From Candidatus Latescibacterota bacterium (GTDB lineage Bacteria; Krumholzibacteriota; Krumholzibacteriia; WVZY01; JAKEHA01), in contig OY970173.1 in the NCBI GenBank assembly GCA_963707635.1, positions 1,600,001 through 1,664,000 on the forward strand: DNA of 64,000 bases, read 5' to 3'. The position numbers were made by a program, and so were the translations under genes. The notes beneath the pieces are model-generated. The model did not search any database. It was not told where the DNA came from and saw only the letters and a program-made list of their open reading frames with translations. This document shows positions 38,082 through 47,284 of the stretch, piece by piece (positions within the stretch are counted from its first letter, which is position 1; each line of letters begins with the position of its first letter).

Positions 38082-40268
38082 TTTCGCCGCTGTTCACTGC
38101 TGAGTAGTCACGGCATCCGCGCCAAGGTGATGCGCTTGACTTGGTTCTAACGAAGCCCTACTCTCCATATTACCAAGTGGCATTCCCAGGTGCCCCCCGC
38201 TGGCAGCATCTGTTTCGATGCGCACTGGCCGCAAGTAGTGCACACCTTTCATGGAGGCGCGTCTCATGCACCCGCGGCCGTCAGTTCTGCCCCTCACTCT
38301 CCTGATTCACATCATTTGGGGATGTCTTGCATTGTCGCCTGCTCACGCGACCGTCCCGGTTCATGAATGGAGTCAACGCTTTGGCGAGACCGGCGAAGAC
38401 GCAGCGTTCGGCGTGGCCACAGACGGAGCGGGCAACGTTGTCATTACCGGAACGTTCCAGCAGGGGATTAGCTTCGGCGGCAGATTCCACGGCGCCAAGG
38501 GGACATTGGATATCTTCCTGGCCAAGTTTGACCCAAACGGTACGTATATGTGGAGCAAGAGTTTCGGGTACCCCCCCAGCGCTGGACTGAACGGCATCTG
38601 CAAAGGGGTGGCCGTAGCGGTGGATGGATCGGGTGGTGTCGCCATGGCGGGGTACTTCCAGGGAACGATCAATTTCGGCGGCGGGCCCCTGACCGCGATA
38701 GACCTGCAAGACGTCGTCGTTGCCAAGTTCGATGCCAACGGCGTTCACGTATGGAGTCGGGTCCTGCGGATTGGCGGCCCCGAGGACAGCTTTGGACTGG
38801 CCGCGGATGTAGCCGGGAACACGGTGATCACCACCGCGACCGGAGGGACGGTGGATTTCGGCGGTGGCCTCCTGACCAGTGGCATGGTCGTCGCCAAATA
38901 CGGTCCGAACGGCGCTCATCTGTGGAGTCGGAGCTTCGGCGGCGCGAGCGGCGGATTGGGCTGGGACGTGGCCGTCGATGGGTCGGGCGACATCGTTGTT
39001 GCCGGTAATTTCGCCGGTACGACGAACTTTGGAGGCGAGACGATGACCAGTGCCGGGTACACGGATGGTTTTCTCGCCAAGTACGATGCCGACGGGAACC
39101 ACCAGTGGAGCCGGCGCTTCGGGGGTTACGGGTACGACGGCGTGAAGGGGGTCGCCGTGGGTGCCGCGGGAGACATCGCCGTGCACGGTGAATTCAGCGC
39201 TATCGCGAATTTTGGTGGGCAAGACCTGACGAGCGCCGGGAACTTCGATGTCTACGTCGCGAAGTACGACGCGGGCGGGCTCCACCTGTGGAGTCATGGC
39301 TTCGGCCGCGTGACCAGGGAATTCGCCCGCTCCGTCGCCGTCGATGGATTGGGTGACGTGGTGATCAGTGGATCATTTGCGGGACCTGTGGATTTTGGGG
39401 GCGGGCCGATCGGCGCGGGTGTCGCCGACATCTACCTCGCCCGGTACGATGCCGCCGGCTTCCACAAGTGGAGTCGGGTCTTCGGCCATCCCGCCACCGC
39501 TGACGAAGGGTGGGGAGTTGCCGTGGACGCTCTCGGTGACGTTCTCCTCACCGGCTTATTCACCGAAACGATAGACTTCGGCGGCGGAGTTCTGACCACC
39601 GAGGGGCGGGACGACATTTTCCTCGTCAAGTTCAGCGAAGAGAGTCCCGTTCCGGTACTGTTCACGCGCTTCGCGGCCACGCCCCGCGGTGCCGCGGTGG
39701 AGATCGCGTGGGACGTAAGCAGCGATGAGGTGCTGGGTGAGGCCACGCTTTATCGTCGCGAGGGAGCCGCGACGGAGCCGATCCTCGTCGCAACCGGCAG
39801 TGCGCTCGCCGCGCACTCGTACCTGGACGCCACGGTCGAAGCGGGTCGGACGTATCATTATGAGCTCGTTATTCGGACCGCGGGCGGGGACGTGTTCCGC
39901 TCACCTGTGGCGACGGTAACGGTTCCGACGTTCATCACTACATTGGAGCAGAACCAACCCAACCCGTTCAACCCAAGCACCACCGTCACGTACACGTTGA
40001 GCGAGCGCGCGTTCACGAGCATAAGCATCTACAACGCGGCGGGAGCTTTGGTTGCGCGACTGGATGAGGGCGAACATGAACGAGGCACGCATCGCGTGGA
40101 GTGGAACGGTCGCGATGCGGCGGGAAGGCCCGTGGCGAGCGGTGTCTACATCTACCGGCTCGAAGGCGCAGTAGGCGTAAACGCGAGGAAGATGTTGCTC
40201 CTCAAGTAACGTTCGCCCAGACCAGACGCCACCAGCTTCATCTTGCTTCTGCGAGAGCGTGGCGCGAC
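38082..40268 (+). repeat. 2.2-kb unit copy 2
   Basis: Shares identical ends with 35332-37526. Confidence 0.9.
38251..40209 (+). CDS. Secreted SBBP beta-propeller protein with FN3-like adaptor and FlgD-Ig CTD
   Basis: WSQRFG/VAVDG/DFGGG/AKYD repeats; PVPVLFTRF; NPFNP...RKMLLLK. Confidence 0.88.
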   Translation: MEARLMHPRPSVLPLTLLIHIIWGCLALSPAHATVPVHEWSQRFGETGEDAAFGVATDGAGNVVITGTFQQGISFGGRFHGAKGTLDIFLAKFDPNGTYMWSKSFGYPPSAGLNGICKGVAVAVDGSGGVAMAGYFQGTINFGGGPLTAIDLQDVVVAKFDANGVHVWSRVLRIGGPEDSFGLAADVAGNTVITTATGGTVDFGGGLLTSGMVVAKYGPNGAHLWSRSFGGASGGLGWDVAVDGSGDIVVAGNFAGTTNFGGETMTSAGYTDGFLAKYDADGNHQWSRRFGGYGYDGVKGVAVGAAGDIAVHGEFSAIANFGGQDLTSAGNFDVYVAKYDAGGLHLWSHGFGRVTREFARSVAVDGLGDVVISGSFAGPVDFGGGPIGAGVADIYLARYDAAGFHKWSRVFGHPATADEGWGVAVDALGDVLLTGLFTETIDFGGGVLTTEGRDDIFLVKFSEESPVPVLFTRFAATPRGAAVEIAWDVSSDEVLGEATLYRREGAATEPILVATGSALAAHSYLDATVEAGRTYHYELVIRTAGGDVFRSPVATVTVPTFITTLEQNQPNPFNPSTTVTYTLSERAFTSISIYNAAGALVARLDEGEHERGTHRVEWNGRDAAGRPVASGVYIYRLEGAVGVNARKMLLLK

Positions 40269-40297
40269 GTGCCTTCCAGGCACCGTCTCGTCATTTC

Positions 40298-42613
40298 ATG
40301 AGTGAAACTATCTCTCCTGTCCATGCTGCCTCCCACACCTCGCGACGCATCACCGTCTGGTTGGTGGCGCTGCTCGCACTCTCCAGCGGGATCCTGAACC
40401 TGTATTCGGTGGTCCGGCCGATTTCTCCGGCCCGCGTCGCCGCCATCGAGAGTCTCTTCCCCGGGGGGTTTGTCCACCTGTCCCGCTTCGTCACCCTCCT
40501 GGCGGGGGTGGCGCTCATCGTGGTATCGGCGAACATTCTCAAGCGCAAGCGGCGCGCGTTTCACACCATGCTCATTCTGCTGACGGTGTCGGCTGTGTTC
40601 CATCTGGCGAAAGGGCTCGACTACCGGGAGGCGGTCATTTCATTCGTGAGTCTGCTCGTGCTGCTGCCGGCACGCCGCCATTTCACGGTTCGCAGCGGGA
40701 GGCCCGGGCTCAAGCGCACGATCGTCGGCGTCGCCTTTGTCGTGGTCGTGGTGGCGGTCTATGGAACGCTGGGGTTCTGGTTCTTCGACCGGCGGGAGTT
40801 CGGGATCGAGTTCACCATCGTCGATTCGGTGCGACGGACGTTCGAGTTTTTGCTCTTCTGGGGTTCCCCCGACATCGTGGCGCGAACGCGCCTGGCGCAC
40901 TGGTTCATCCAGTCGCTGTACGTGTTGAGCATCACCGTCATTCTGTACGCGATGGTGGAGCTGTTTCGCCCCGCGCTCTACCGTTTGCGGGTGCTGCCGC
41001 GCGACCGCAGCGCGGCCGCCGCGCTGCTGCAACGATACGGCCGCTGTGCGCTGGACTACTTCGCGACCTGGCCGGACAAGTCGCTGTTCCTGACCCGGGC
41101 GAGGGACTGCTTCGTGGCCTATCGCGTCGACCGCAGCTTCGCGGTAGCGCTCGGGGATCCGATTGGACCGGACGATCGGATCGAAGCGGCGATCCGCGAG
41201 TTCGCGGCGTTCTGCGCGGAGTCCGGCTGGGTGCCGGTGTTTCACCAGGCCCTGCCCGAGTTCTGGCCGGTGTATCAGTCACTCGGATTTCGCCGGCTCA
41301 AGCTCGGAGACGAGGCCGTCGTCGATCTGACCACGTTCACCCTGGAGGGCCGGGAGCGGAAGGATCTTCGCCACAGCGTCAACAAGCTCGAGCGGGACGG
41401 AATTCGCCTCCAGTACTTCGAACCACCGGTTCCGGACCACGTGGTCGCGGAGGCCAGGCAGGTGTCGAACGAGTGGCTCCAACGCGGCCGCCGCGAGCGG
41501 CGCTTCACGCTCGGCCGCTTCGAGCGCGGGTATGTCCGCTCGACCACGCTCCTCGCCGCGTTCGATCGCGACGCCCGCATGCTGGCATTCGTGAACATCG
41601 TTCCATCGCCGAGAAAAGGGGAGGCCACGATCGATCTCATGCGCCAGCGCGCCGCCGTACCCAACGGCATCATGGACCATCTGTTCGTTCGGCTGTTCCA
41701 GGACGAGCGCGAACAGGGGTTTACGCGCTTCAACCTGGGGCTGGCCCCCATGTCGGGGTTCGAGCCCGACGAGATGGCGGGTGTGGAGGAGAAGATCATC
41801 CACTACTTCTTCCAGCGCATGAACTTCCTGTTCAACTACCACGGCCTGAGACAGTACAAGGCCAAGTTCGCCACGTCCTGGGAACCGCGCTACATGATCT
41901 ACCAGAACCCGGCGGACCTGCCGCGGATCGCGCTGGCCATCCGGCGCGTCACCGAAATCGACGACAACGAGGAACTGGATCCGGACGCCTTCGATCCCGA
42001 GCACCTGCCCATCACCGAGGTCCCGTCCGCGGGACGGGGACTGAATGCGCTGGCCGTCATCCTGTCCGGAGACGGCGGGTGGAACGTGACCGAGAAGACG
42101 CTGGGGGCGCGCCTGGCCGCCGCCGGTGTCCCGGTCGCAGGGCTGAACTGCCTGCGGTACTTCCGCAAGCGGCGCACTCCCGATTCCTCCGCCCACGATC
42201 TCGAACGGCTGCTGGACCACTACCTCCAGGAGTGGGGCAAGCGGGAGGTGGTGCTGATCGGCTATTCCCGGGGTGCCTGTGTGCTCCCGTTCATGGTCAG
42301 CCGGATGCGAGCCGATCTGCGCGATCGCGTTCGGGGGATCGTGCTCCTCGGGCCGGCGGACAAGATAGACTTCAAGTTCCACCTGACCGATTTCCTCACT
42401 AATGTCGAGTGGCCTACCGCTCTGCCAGTGCTTCCGGAAGTCGAAAAGCTCCGGGGGATGCCGATCACGTGCTTCTATGGGAGTCGCGAGCAGGATTGCC
42501 TCTGCCGCGACGTGCCCGATGGGCTCGTGACCTGCGTCGAGCGACCGGGAGGTCACCTCGTGTGGAAGGACGTCGAGCCGATCGTCTCGGTGATCCTAAA
42601 TGCCGTAACGTAG
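40298..42613 (+). CDS. MprF-type aminoacyl-phosphatidylglycerol synthase domain fused to an AcvB/VirJ-type hydrolase domain
   Basis: About six TM helices, WPDKSLF, ALGDPIG, LGDEAVVDL, TIDLMR, NGIMD, FNLGLAPMSG, GLRQYKAKF, WEPRY; then LSGDGGW, LIGYSRGA, CFYG, GGH. Confidence 0.88.
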   Translation: MSETISPVHAASHTSRRITVWLVALLALSSGILNLYSVVRPISPARVAAIESLFPGGFVHLSRFVTLLAGVALIVVSANILKRKRRAFHTMLILLTVSAVFHLAKGLDYREAVISFVSLLVLLPARRHFTVRSGRPGLKRTIVGVAFVVVVVAVYGTLGFWFFDRREFGIEFTIVDSVRRTFEFLLFWGSPDIVARTRLAHWFIQSLYVLSITVILYAMVELFRPALYRLRVLPRDRSAAAALLQRYGRCALDYFATWPDKSLFLTRARDCFVAYRVDRSFAVALGDPIGPDDRIEAAIREFAAFCAESGWVPVFHQALPEFWPVYQSLGFRRLKLGDEAVVDLTTFTLEGRERKDLRHSVNKLERDGIRLQYFEPPVPDHVVAEARQVSNEWLQRGRRERRFTLGRFERGYVRSTTLLAAFDRDARMLAFVNIVPSPRKGEATIDLMRQRAAVPNGIMDHLFVRLFQDEREQGFTRFNLGLAPMSGFEPDEMAGVEEKIIHYFFQRMNFLFNYHGLRQYKAKFATSWEPRYMIYQNPADLPRIALAIRRVTEIDDNEELDPDAFDPEHLPITEVPSAGRGLNALAVILSGDGGWNVTEKTLGARLAAAGVPVAGLNCLRYFRKRRTPDSSAHDLERLLDHYLQEWGKREVVLIGYSRGACVLPFMVSRMRADLRDRVRGIVLLGPADKIDFKFHLTDFLTNVEWPTALPVLPEVEKLRGMPITCFYGSREQDCLCRDVPDGLVTCVERPGGHLVWKDVEPIVSVILNAVT

Positions 42614-42799
42614 GGGGGCGCCGCCACTTCCGACTATCTGGACCGATCTCTCCCCACTGTAATCTCCGTTACATTTTGGAGCCTGGACGTCGGCTTATGT
42701 TAGGCTGACCTCCCCCGCCACAGGGCGTCGTACAGTCCAACTCCAGGGCGTTGGGTCGTACGACGCGGGTAGTTCCTCTCACGTTCGGAAAATACCGTC

Positions 42800-44437
42800 A
42801 TGCGGTTCCGCCTCCCTCGTGGTCTAGCGGAGACTCTTGTCGTGCTGGCTCTCTCGGCGTGCTCGCATTCGACCGAGCCGTCTGCGCCGGCCTTGAGCCT
42901 CGCCAGCGCCAACTGCGTCACCGACTTTTCCTGCACGTACGGCCAGGAGTGCATCGATGGTTCCTGTGCGCCCATCGAGCCGTCGATCTACCCGTACATC
43001 CAGACGGCGTGCGCGATGTGGCGTCTGCCGCTCGACGGCGCCGAGTCAGCATGGCTGGCAACTCACTACGATCTCATGATCGGCGCCGTGCGACCCGACG
43101 CAATGCGCCCGTTCAACTCCCACATGCGCTTCTTCGAGTACACGCTCACGCGGTACCATGCGTTCAACACCGGGCCGCTGCAGGCCAATCCCTGGGCCAT
43201 CGCCCACGGCTACGACCCCGAGGATTTCTACCTGCACTATCGTGAAGACGTCTACGTCCCCACCTGGGAAGGGAAGACCGTGGCGCCGGGGTTTCCGGCG
43301 GGCATGGTGCCGGGTTGGAACCCGGGCGGAGGCGGCAACCCCGCATCGGCCACACTGCGTTCCCAGTCTCGCGTCGTCTCCTGGTATCGCGGCGAACCCG
43401 TGCCGTGGTATCTGGCGAATGTCGCGCACCCCGGGTTTCGCCAGTTCCTGGCGGAGCGCACGAAGATGCTCATCAATGGCACGTTCTACTCCGGCAGGCC
43501 GTTTGTGGGCGGGCCCATCGACGGAATCGTCTGCGACGAGTCCATCTATTACGCGATCTACGGGGAAGGGCAGATCAACCGGTCGGCCGAGTACTTCGGG
43601 ATCCCCCTCACGGAAAACCACCCCTACGCGATCGCGGTCGAGGAACTGTATCCATACTTATCGCAGTCGCTGTTCAACGCGGTCGGAACCACGGTGGATG
43701 TCATGCCCAACTACGGGCACGTCCTCTTTCTCAATTACGCCAACCGGTCCGCTGTGAACGTCCAGGCCGCGACGCCGTGGATCTGGGGCGAGGTGTGGGT
43801 GACGTTCACCGGCTACCCGACGCCGACCAACGGAAGCAGCCGCTGCATCACCTACGAAAAGGACTATCTCAACGCCGTGCGCAAGATCGTGGAGCAAACG
43901 CGGGCGCGCGGGCGGCGTGTGCTCGGCGCGCGTGACATCGCGAACGGCACGGCGGGGACCGCTCGCGGCAAGATCTTTACGCTGGCGCTCTACTACCTGG
44001 TGCACAACCGGATGACGTACTACATGTACGAGACGGCGTCGGGGCACGCGCTCCCGGGACACGTCAGCACCTGGGCGTGGAACCCGGCGGTGGAATTCGA
44101 CGTCGGCCAGCCGATCTTCATCCCGGCGGGAGCGGTGGATTTCGAAGGAAAGGCTTCCACCACCGAGCACTGGGTGTTCGCCACCGGCCCCGATCCCTAC
44201 AAGCCCACCTCGACCTACCGCGTACTGGCGCGCCGTTTCACTCACGCGCTCGTGCTCGTGAAGATGCTCCCCGAGGGCTCGGTTGACGACAGCCGCAGCC
44301 TGACGGTTCACCCCCTGGGCGGAGTCTACCGGCCGCTGGGAGCGGACGGAACGGTCGGCGGGATGGTTACGGAAGCGCGTCTGCGCAACAACGAGGCGCT
44401 CATTCTGATCCCCGAGGCGGTCACCGGCATTCCGTAG
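42800..44437 (+). CDS. Lipoprotein, putative TIM-barrel glycoside hydrolase (GHL15-like) with a Cys-rich N-terminal motif
   Basis: Lipobox LSAC; CVTDFSCTYGQECIDGSC; YLANVAHPGFR, IDGIVCDE, RRFTHALVLV. Confidence 0.6.
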   Translation: MRFRLPRGLAETLVVLALSACSHSTEPSAPALSLASANCVTDFSCTYGQECIDGSCAPIEPSIYPYIQTACAMWRLPLDGAESAWLATHYDLMIGAVRPDAMRPFNSHMRFFEYTLTRYHAFNTGPLQANPWAIAHGYDPEDFYLHYREDVYVPTWEGKTVAPGFPAGMVPGWNPGGGGNPASATLRSQSRVVSWYRGEPVPWYLANVAHPGFRQFLAERTKMLINGTFYSGRPFVGGPIDGIVCDESIYYAIYGEGQINRSAEYFGIPLTENHPYAIAVEELYPYLSQSLFNAVGTTVDVMPNYGHVLFLNYANRSAVNVQAATPWIWGEVWVTFTGYPTPTNGSSRCITYEKDYLNAVRKIVEQTRARGRRVLGARDIANGTAGTARGKIFTLALYYLVHNRMTYYMYETASGHALPGHVSTWAWNPAVEFDVGQPIFIPAGAVDFEGKASTTEHWVFATGPDPYKPTSTYRVLARRFTHALVLVKMLPEGSVDDSRSLTVHPLGGVYRPLGADGTVGGMVTEARLRNNEALILIPEAVTGIP

Positions 44438-44474
44438 CCTCTTGCTCGCGGCCTCGCATCTAATCGCACGCCCC

Positions 44475-44516
44475 AAAACACGACGACCACCCTCGCGAAC
44501 GAGGATGGTCGTTGTG
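44475..44516 (-). terminator. Terminator between convergent genes
   Basis: CACGACGACCA...TGGTCGTTGTG hairpin with a T run on the minus strand. Confidence 0.6.
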
Positions 44517-44535
44517 GAATAGCAATTACTACGAG

Positions 44536-45150
44536 CTACCGATACAGCGCCTTGATCTCTCCCCACGTGGTCTGGTCGGTTGCCGTCGGCGCCGGCAGGA
44601 GGAATCCACGAATCTCCCCGCCGGGAAATCCGACGCCGGCCGGACCCGTGTGGATATTGAGGTAGGCCTTTCCATCCGCAATGGCCTGGAAGAGGTCTGC
44701 CTCCGCCTGGGTGGTGTTCCCGCCGTGGGCGGTGACGTAGGCCGGGTTGTAGCTGCCGGCCAGCGTCATGTCCAAGGTGACGTCGTACGTCGCGGCCTGT
44801 ATGCCGAGAGGAAACCCGGCGAACGTCGGTGTCGTCGTGGCCACCCCGGCCGTTCCCGTTCCCGCGACCGCGGTCGCGGCATGGATGTGGGACGCGGTCG
44901 TGGTGCCGATCAGGCCGCTGAACGAGACGTGCAGCTCCAGCGTGTGCGCCGCTGCATCGATGTCCACCGTAGCGGTGCCCGTGGCCGGAGACGCGTTCGG
45001 CGGCGACTCAGCCGGCCCGCTCAGGGCTACCACGTAGTGAACCGGGACGGCGTTCGCCGTTGAGATCGCCCCGCCCCCGACTGCCAGAACCAGAACGGCA
45101 AGCGCAAAAAACGCGCGGGGAGCAAACTGTCGCGTTAAATACGTGTGCAT
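44536..45150 (-). CDS. CHRD-domain secreted protein with short TWGEIKALYR tail
   Basis: LSGPAESPPNASPATGTA, SHIH, GKAYLNIHT, FPGGEIRG; ends PTATDQTTWGEIKALYR; start at ATG 45150. Confidence 0.88.
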   Translation of the reverse strand: MHTYLTRQFAPRAFFALAVLVLAVGGGAISTANAVPVHYVVALSGPAESPPNASPATGTATVDIDAAAHTLELHVSFSGLIGTTTASHIHAATAVAGTGTAGVATTTPTFAGFPLGIQAATYDVTLDMTLAGSYNPAYVTAHGGNTTQAEADLFQAIADGKAYLNIHTGPAGVGFPGGEIRGFLLPAPTATDQTTWGEIKALYR

Positions 45151-45288
45151 AAGGTGCCTCTTTCGGTTGGTGACACTGTGAATGCACCCTCGAACGGCTC
45201 GCCAGCTGCACAGTATATCACAAGCAATTGCTTGGGGGAAGGGTCGAATGGAGTGGACGACGAAGTAGCTTCCGGCCAATCACTTGGG

Positions 45289-45317
45289 TTGACTCCAAAT
45301 GTGGCCTGGCATACAGT
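45289..45317 (+). promoter_or_regulatory. sigma70 promoter
   Basis: TTGACT-17 bp-TACAGT. Confidence 0.6.
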
Positions 45318-45440
45318 GGCTCGGCTGGCTGAAAAGGTCTTACCTACTTTTCCCGTACAGACTCGACGTTTGAGACACGGATGTCCGGCGTAGTCCGTAA
45401 ATCTCCGTTTCGAATTTCCTCTATTGGAAAGGCATCTCGT

Positions 45441-46142
45441 ATGAATCGAAATGTGATATCGCGTTCACTCCGCATCTCGTCCCTGGTTGGACTCGTCCTC
45501 GCGCTCTCTGTCGCCTTCGTTCCGGCGTTCGCCGAGACGATCGTGCTCGACTCGGGCGCCGGGGTCGCGCTCCTTTCACCGGATCCCAACTGGAACTACC
45601 TCGCCGGCCCGCCCGTTACCCCACTTTCCGCGTCGCCGTTTACGGCTGCGGATTTCTTGGCGGCGTTGACGGGTCCGTCGGCAGTCGTGGTGCCGCCCTA
45701 CGGGGGTGCCTGGCTTCCGTCCTTGCAGTGCGATCCCCTGGCACAGTGGATCTCGGTCGATGCCCACTCCGGACCGGCGTCGACGTTGTTTGGGCGCAGG
45801 TTCGACGTGAAGACGTGCTGCATCGTCAGAGCCACGCTCACCTTCTGCTGGGCGGCCGACGACTACCTGGGTGACAACGCGGCCGGTGGGCCCAACCCTT
45901 CGGGCGTGTACCTGAACCAGGCCCCGCTGCCCATCGACGGCGGAAACTACGCGACCGAGTTCAGCGTTACCGTCGACGTGACGTCGTTGGTCCACTGCGG
46001 AGCGAACGAACTGCACGTGTACGACCGCGACGGCGCGGCGGTGGTCAGCGGCGCAATGTTCAGCGCGACACTCGAAATCACGGGCTGCCCGCTTTCGACC
46101 GAGAGCGCGACGTGGTCGAAGATCAAGGCGTTGTATCGTTAG
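45441..46142 (+). CDS. Secreted galactose-binding-like beta-sandwich protein with short TWSKIKALYR tail
   Basis: Signal peptide; AQWIS...FGRRF...AADD...VYLN; ends PLSTESATWSKIKALYR. Confidence 0.78.
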   Translation: MNRNVISRSLRISSLVGLVLALSVAFVPAFAETIVLDSGAGVALLSPDPNWNYLAGPPVTPLSASPFTAADFLAALTGPSAVVVPPYGGAWLPSLQCDPLAQWISVDAHSGPASTLFGRRFDVKTCCIVRATLTFCWAADDYLGDNAAGGPNPSGVYLNQAPLPIDGGNYATEFSVTVDVTSLVHCGANELHVYDRDGAAVVSGAMFSATLEITGCPLSTESATWSKIKALYR

Positions 46143-46167
46143 TTTTTCCGCACCCTGCGGATACGAG

Positions 46168-46203
46168 AGGGGCCGCCTCGCACGAGGCGGCCCTTTTCTT
46201 TCT
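46168..46203 (+). terminator. Rho-independent terminator
   Basis: GGGCCGCCTCG-CA-CGAGGCGGCCC followed by TTTTCTTT. Confidence 0.85.
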
Positions 46204-46485
46204 CCACGCCCGGCGGCGAATACAATCTTCCCCGTCTTCTCTTAGGTTCGATGGTGACGGATACCGCCGCGGTGTGCTATCATGCCCGCACCATCCAAAT
46301 CCAACGCGCTCCCACCACGAAGCCATCGCATCACGCGTTCAACGGGAGTGTTTCCGAGTAGTCTGGTTCGTTTGGTCTGGACGGTGGCCGCAAGGGGAGG
46401 GTGTGGGGCTGGTTTTTGTGGTCACCTCGCGCCTGCGGTATTGTGTGAGTCCATTTCCTGTATCCGTTCTAAGGAGGATTCCATT

Positions 46486-47190
46486 ATGCGCAAACTGCTC
46501 GTTGTGTTCCTCATGTTCGTCGTGGTCCTGGTCCCGGTGCTGGCTTCGGCCGTCCCGGTGCCCGGCACCTACTATTCGGCCTTCCGCGGGGGTGCGGTGC
46601 TGAACGGCCGGGCGTCGGTTGCGCGCCAGGGCGTCAATTCGGGCGACCCCAAGATCTTCAACGGCCAGTCGTGGAACGGCGTGGCGCTGGGGACGCAGTG
46701 GGAGATCCAGTGCGGCGTGGAGGCGGTCTCCACACCGCCGGACTACTCGCTCTACAACCCGATCACCGGCACTGGCTTCATCACCTACCACCAGACGTTC
46801 ACGGGTGGGACGTTCACGCTCTACCCGGACTTCGCGGTGGGTTGGGGCTCCGGCACCGGCACATTGAACACGACTCAGGCCACGTCGCAGGTGTACCTGT
46901 TCAACTTCACGCCGGTATCGTCGAGCTTCACGGTGTTGACCTCGGGCACGTTCCCGGGCACCACCTGCCGGCTCGACTTCGCGTTCTCCAACGGTTTCGG
47001 TGTCGGGGAGACGCCTTACCTCTCCAAGCCGGCCGACTATCCGACGTTCCTGGCGGCCAACTGCTCGCCGGCGGATGCCGCGCATCAGTTCGGCGTATGG
47101 GCCGACGCGAACGACATCGTGGTCCAGATCAGCTGCCCGGTTCCGGCGGAAGCGTCGACCTGGGGCGCCATCAAGGCAATGTACCGGTAG
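46486..47190 (+). CDS. Secreted hypothetical protein with short TWGAIKAMYR tail
   Basis: ATG after AAGGAGG; signal peptide; ends PVPAEASTWGAIKAMYR. Confidence 0.82.
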   Translation: MRKLLVVFLMFVVVLVPVLASAVPVPGTYYSAFRGGAVLNGRASVARQGVNSGDPKIFNGQSWNGVALGTQWEIQCGVEAVSTPPDYSLYNPITGTGFITYHQTFTGGTFTLYPDFAVGWGSGTGTLNTTQATSQVYLFNFTPVSSSFTVLTSGTFPGTTCRLDFAFSNGFGVGETPYLSKPADYPTFLAANCSPADAAHQFGVWADANDIVVQISCPVPAEASTWGAIKAMYR

Positions 47191-47219
47191 TTCGCGGGTA
47201 ACGTAGCGCAGAGTAGTGG

Positions 47220-47254
47220 CGGGGCGTCGGTCCGGTGGACCGGCGCCCCGTTTC
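47220..47254 (+). terminator. Terminator hairpin
   Basis: CGGGGCGTCGGTCC-GGT-GGACCGGCGCCCCG then TTTC. Confidence 0.65.
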
Positions 47255-47284
47255 GTGATTGAAGCGCGACGGGTCAATCCCGCG

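Noticed and set aside
35332..40268. IS element or MITE explanation for the 2.2-kb unit
   Set aside because: No terminal inverted repeats, target-site duplication or transposase.
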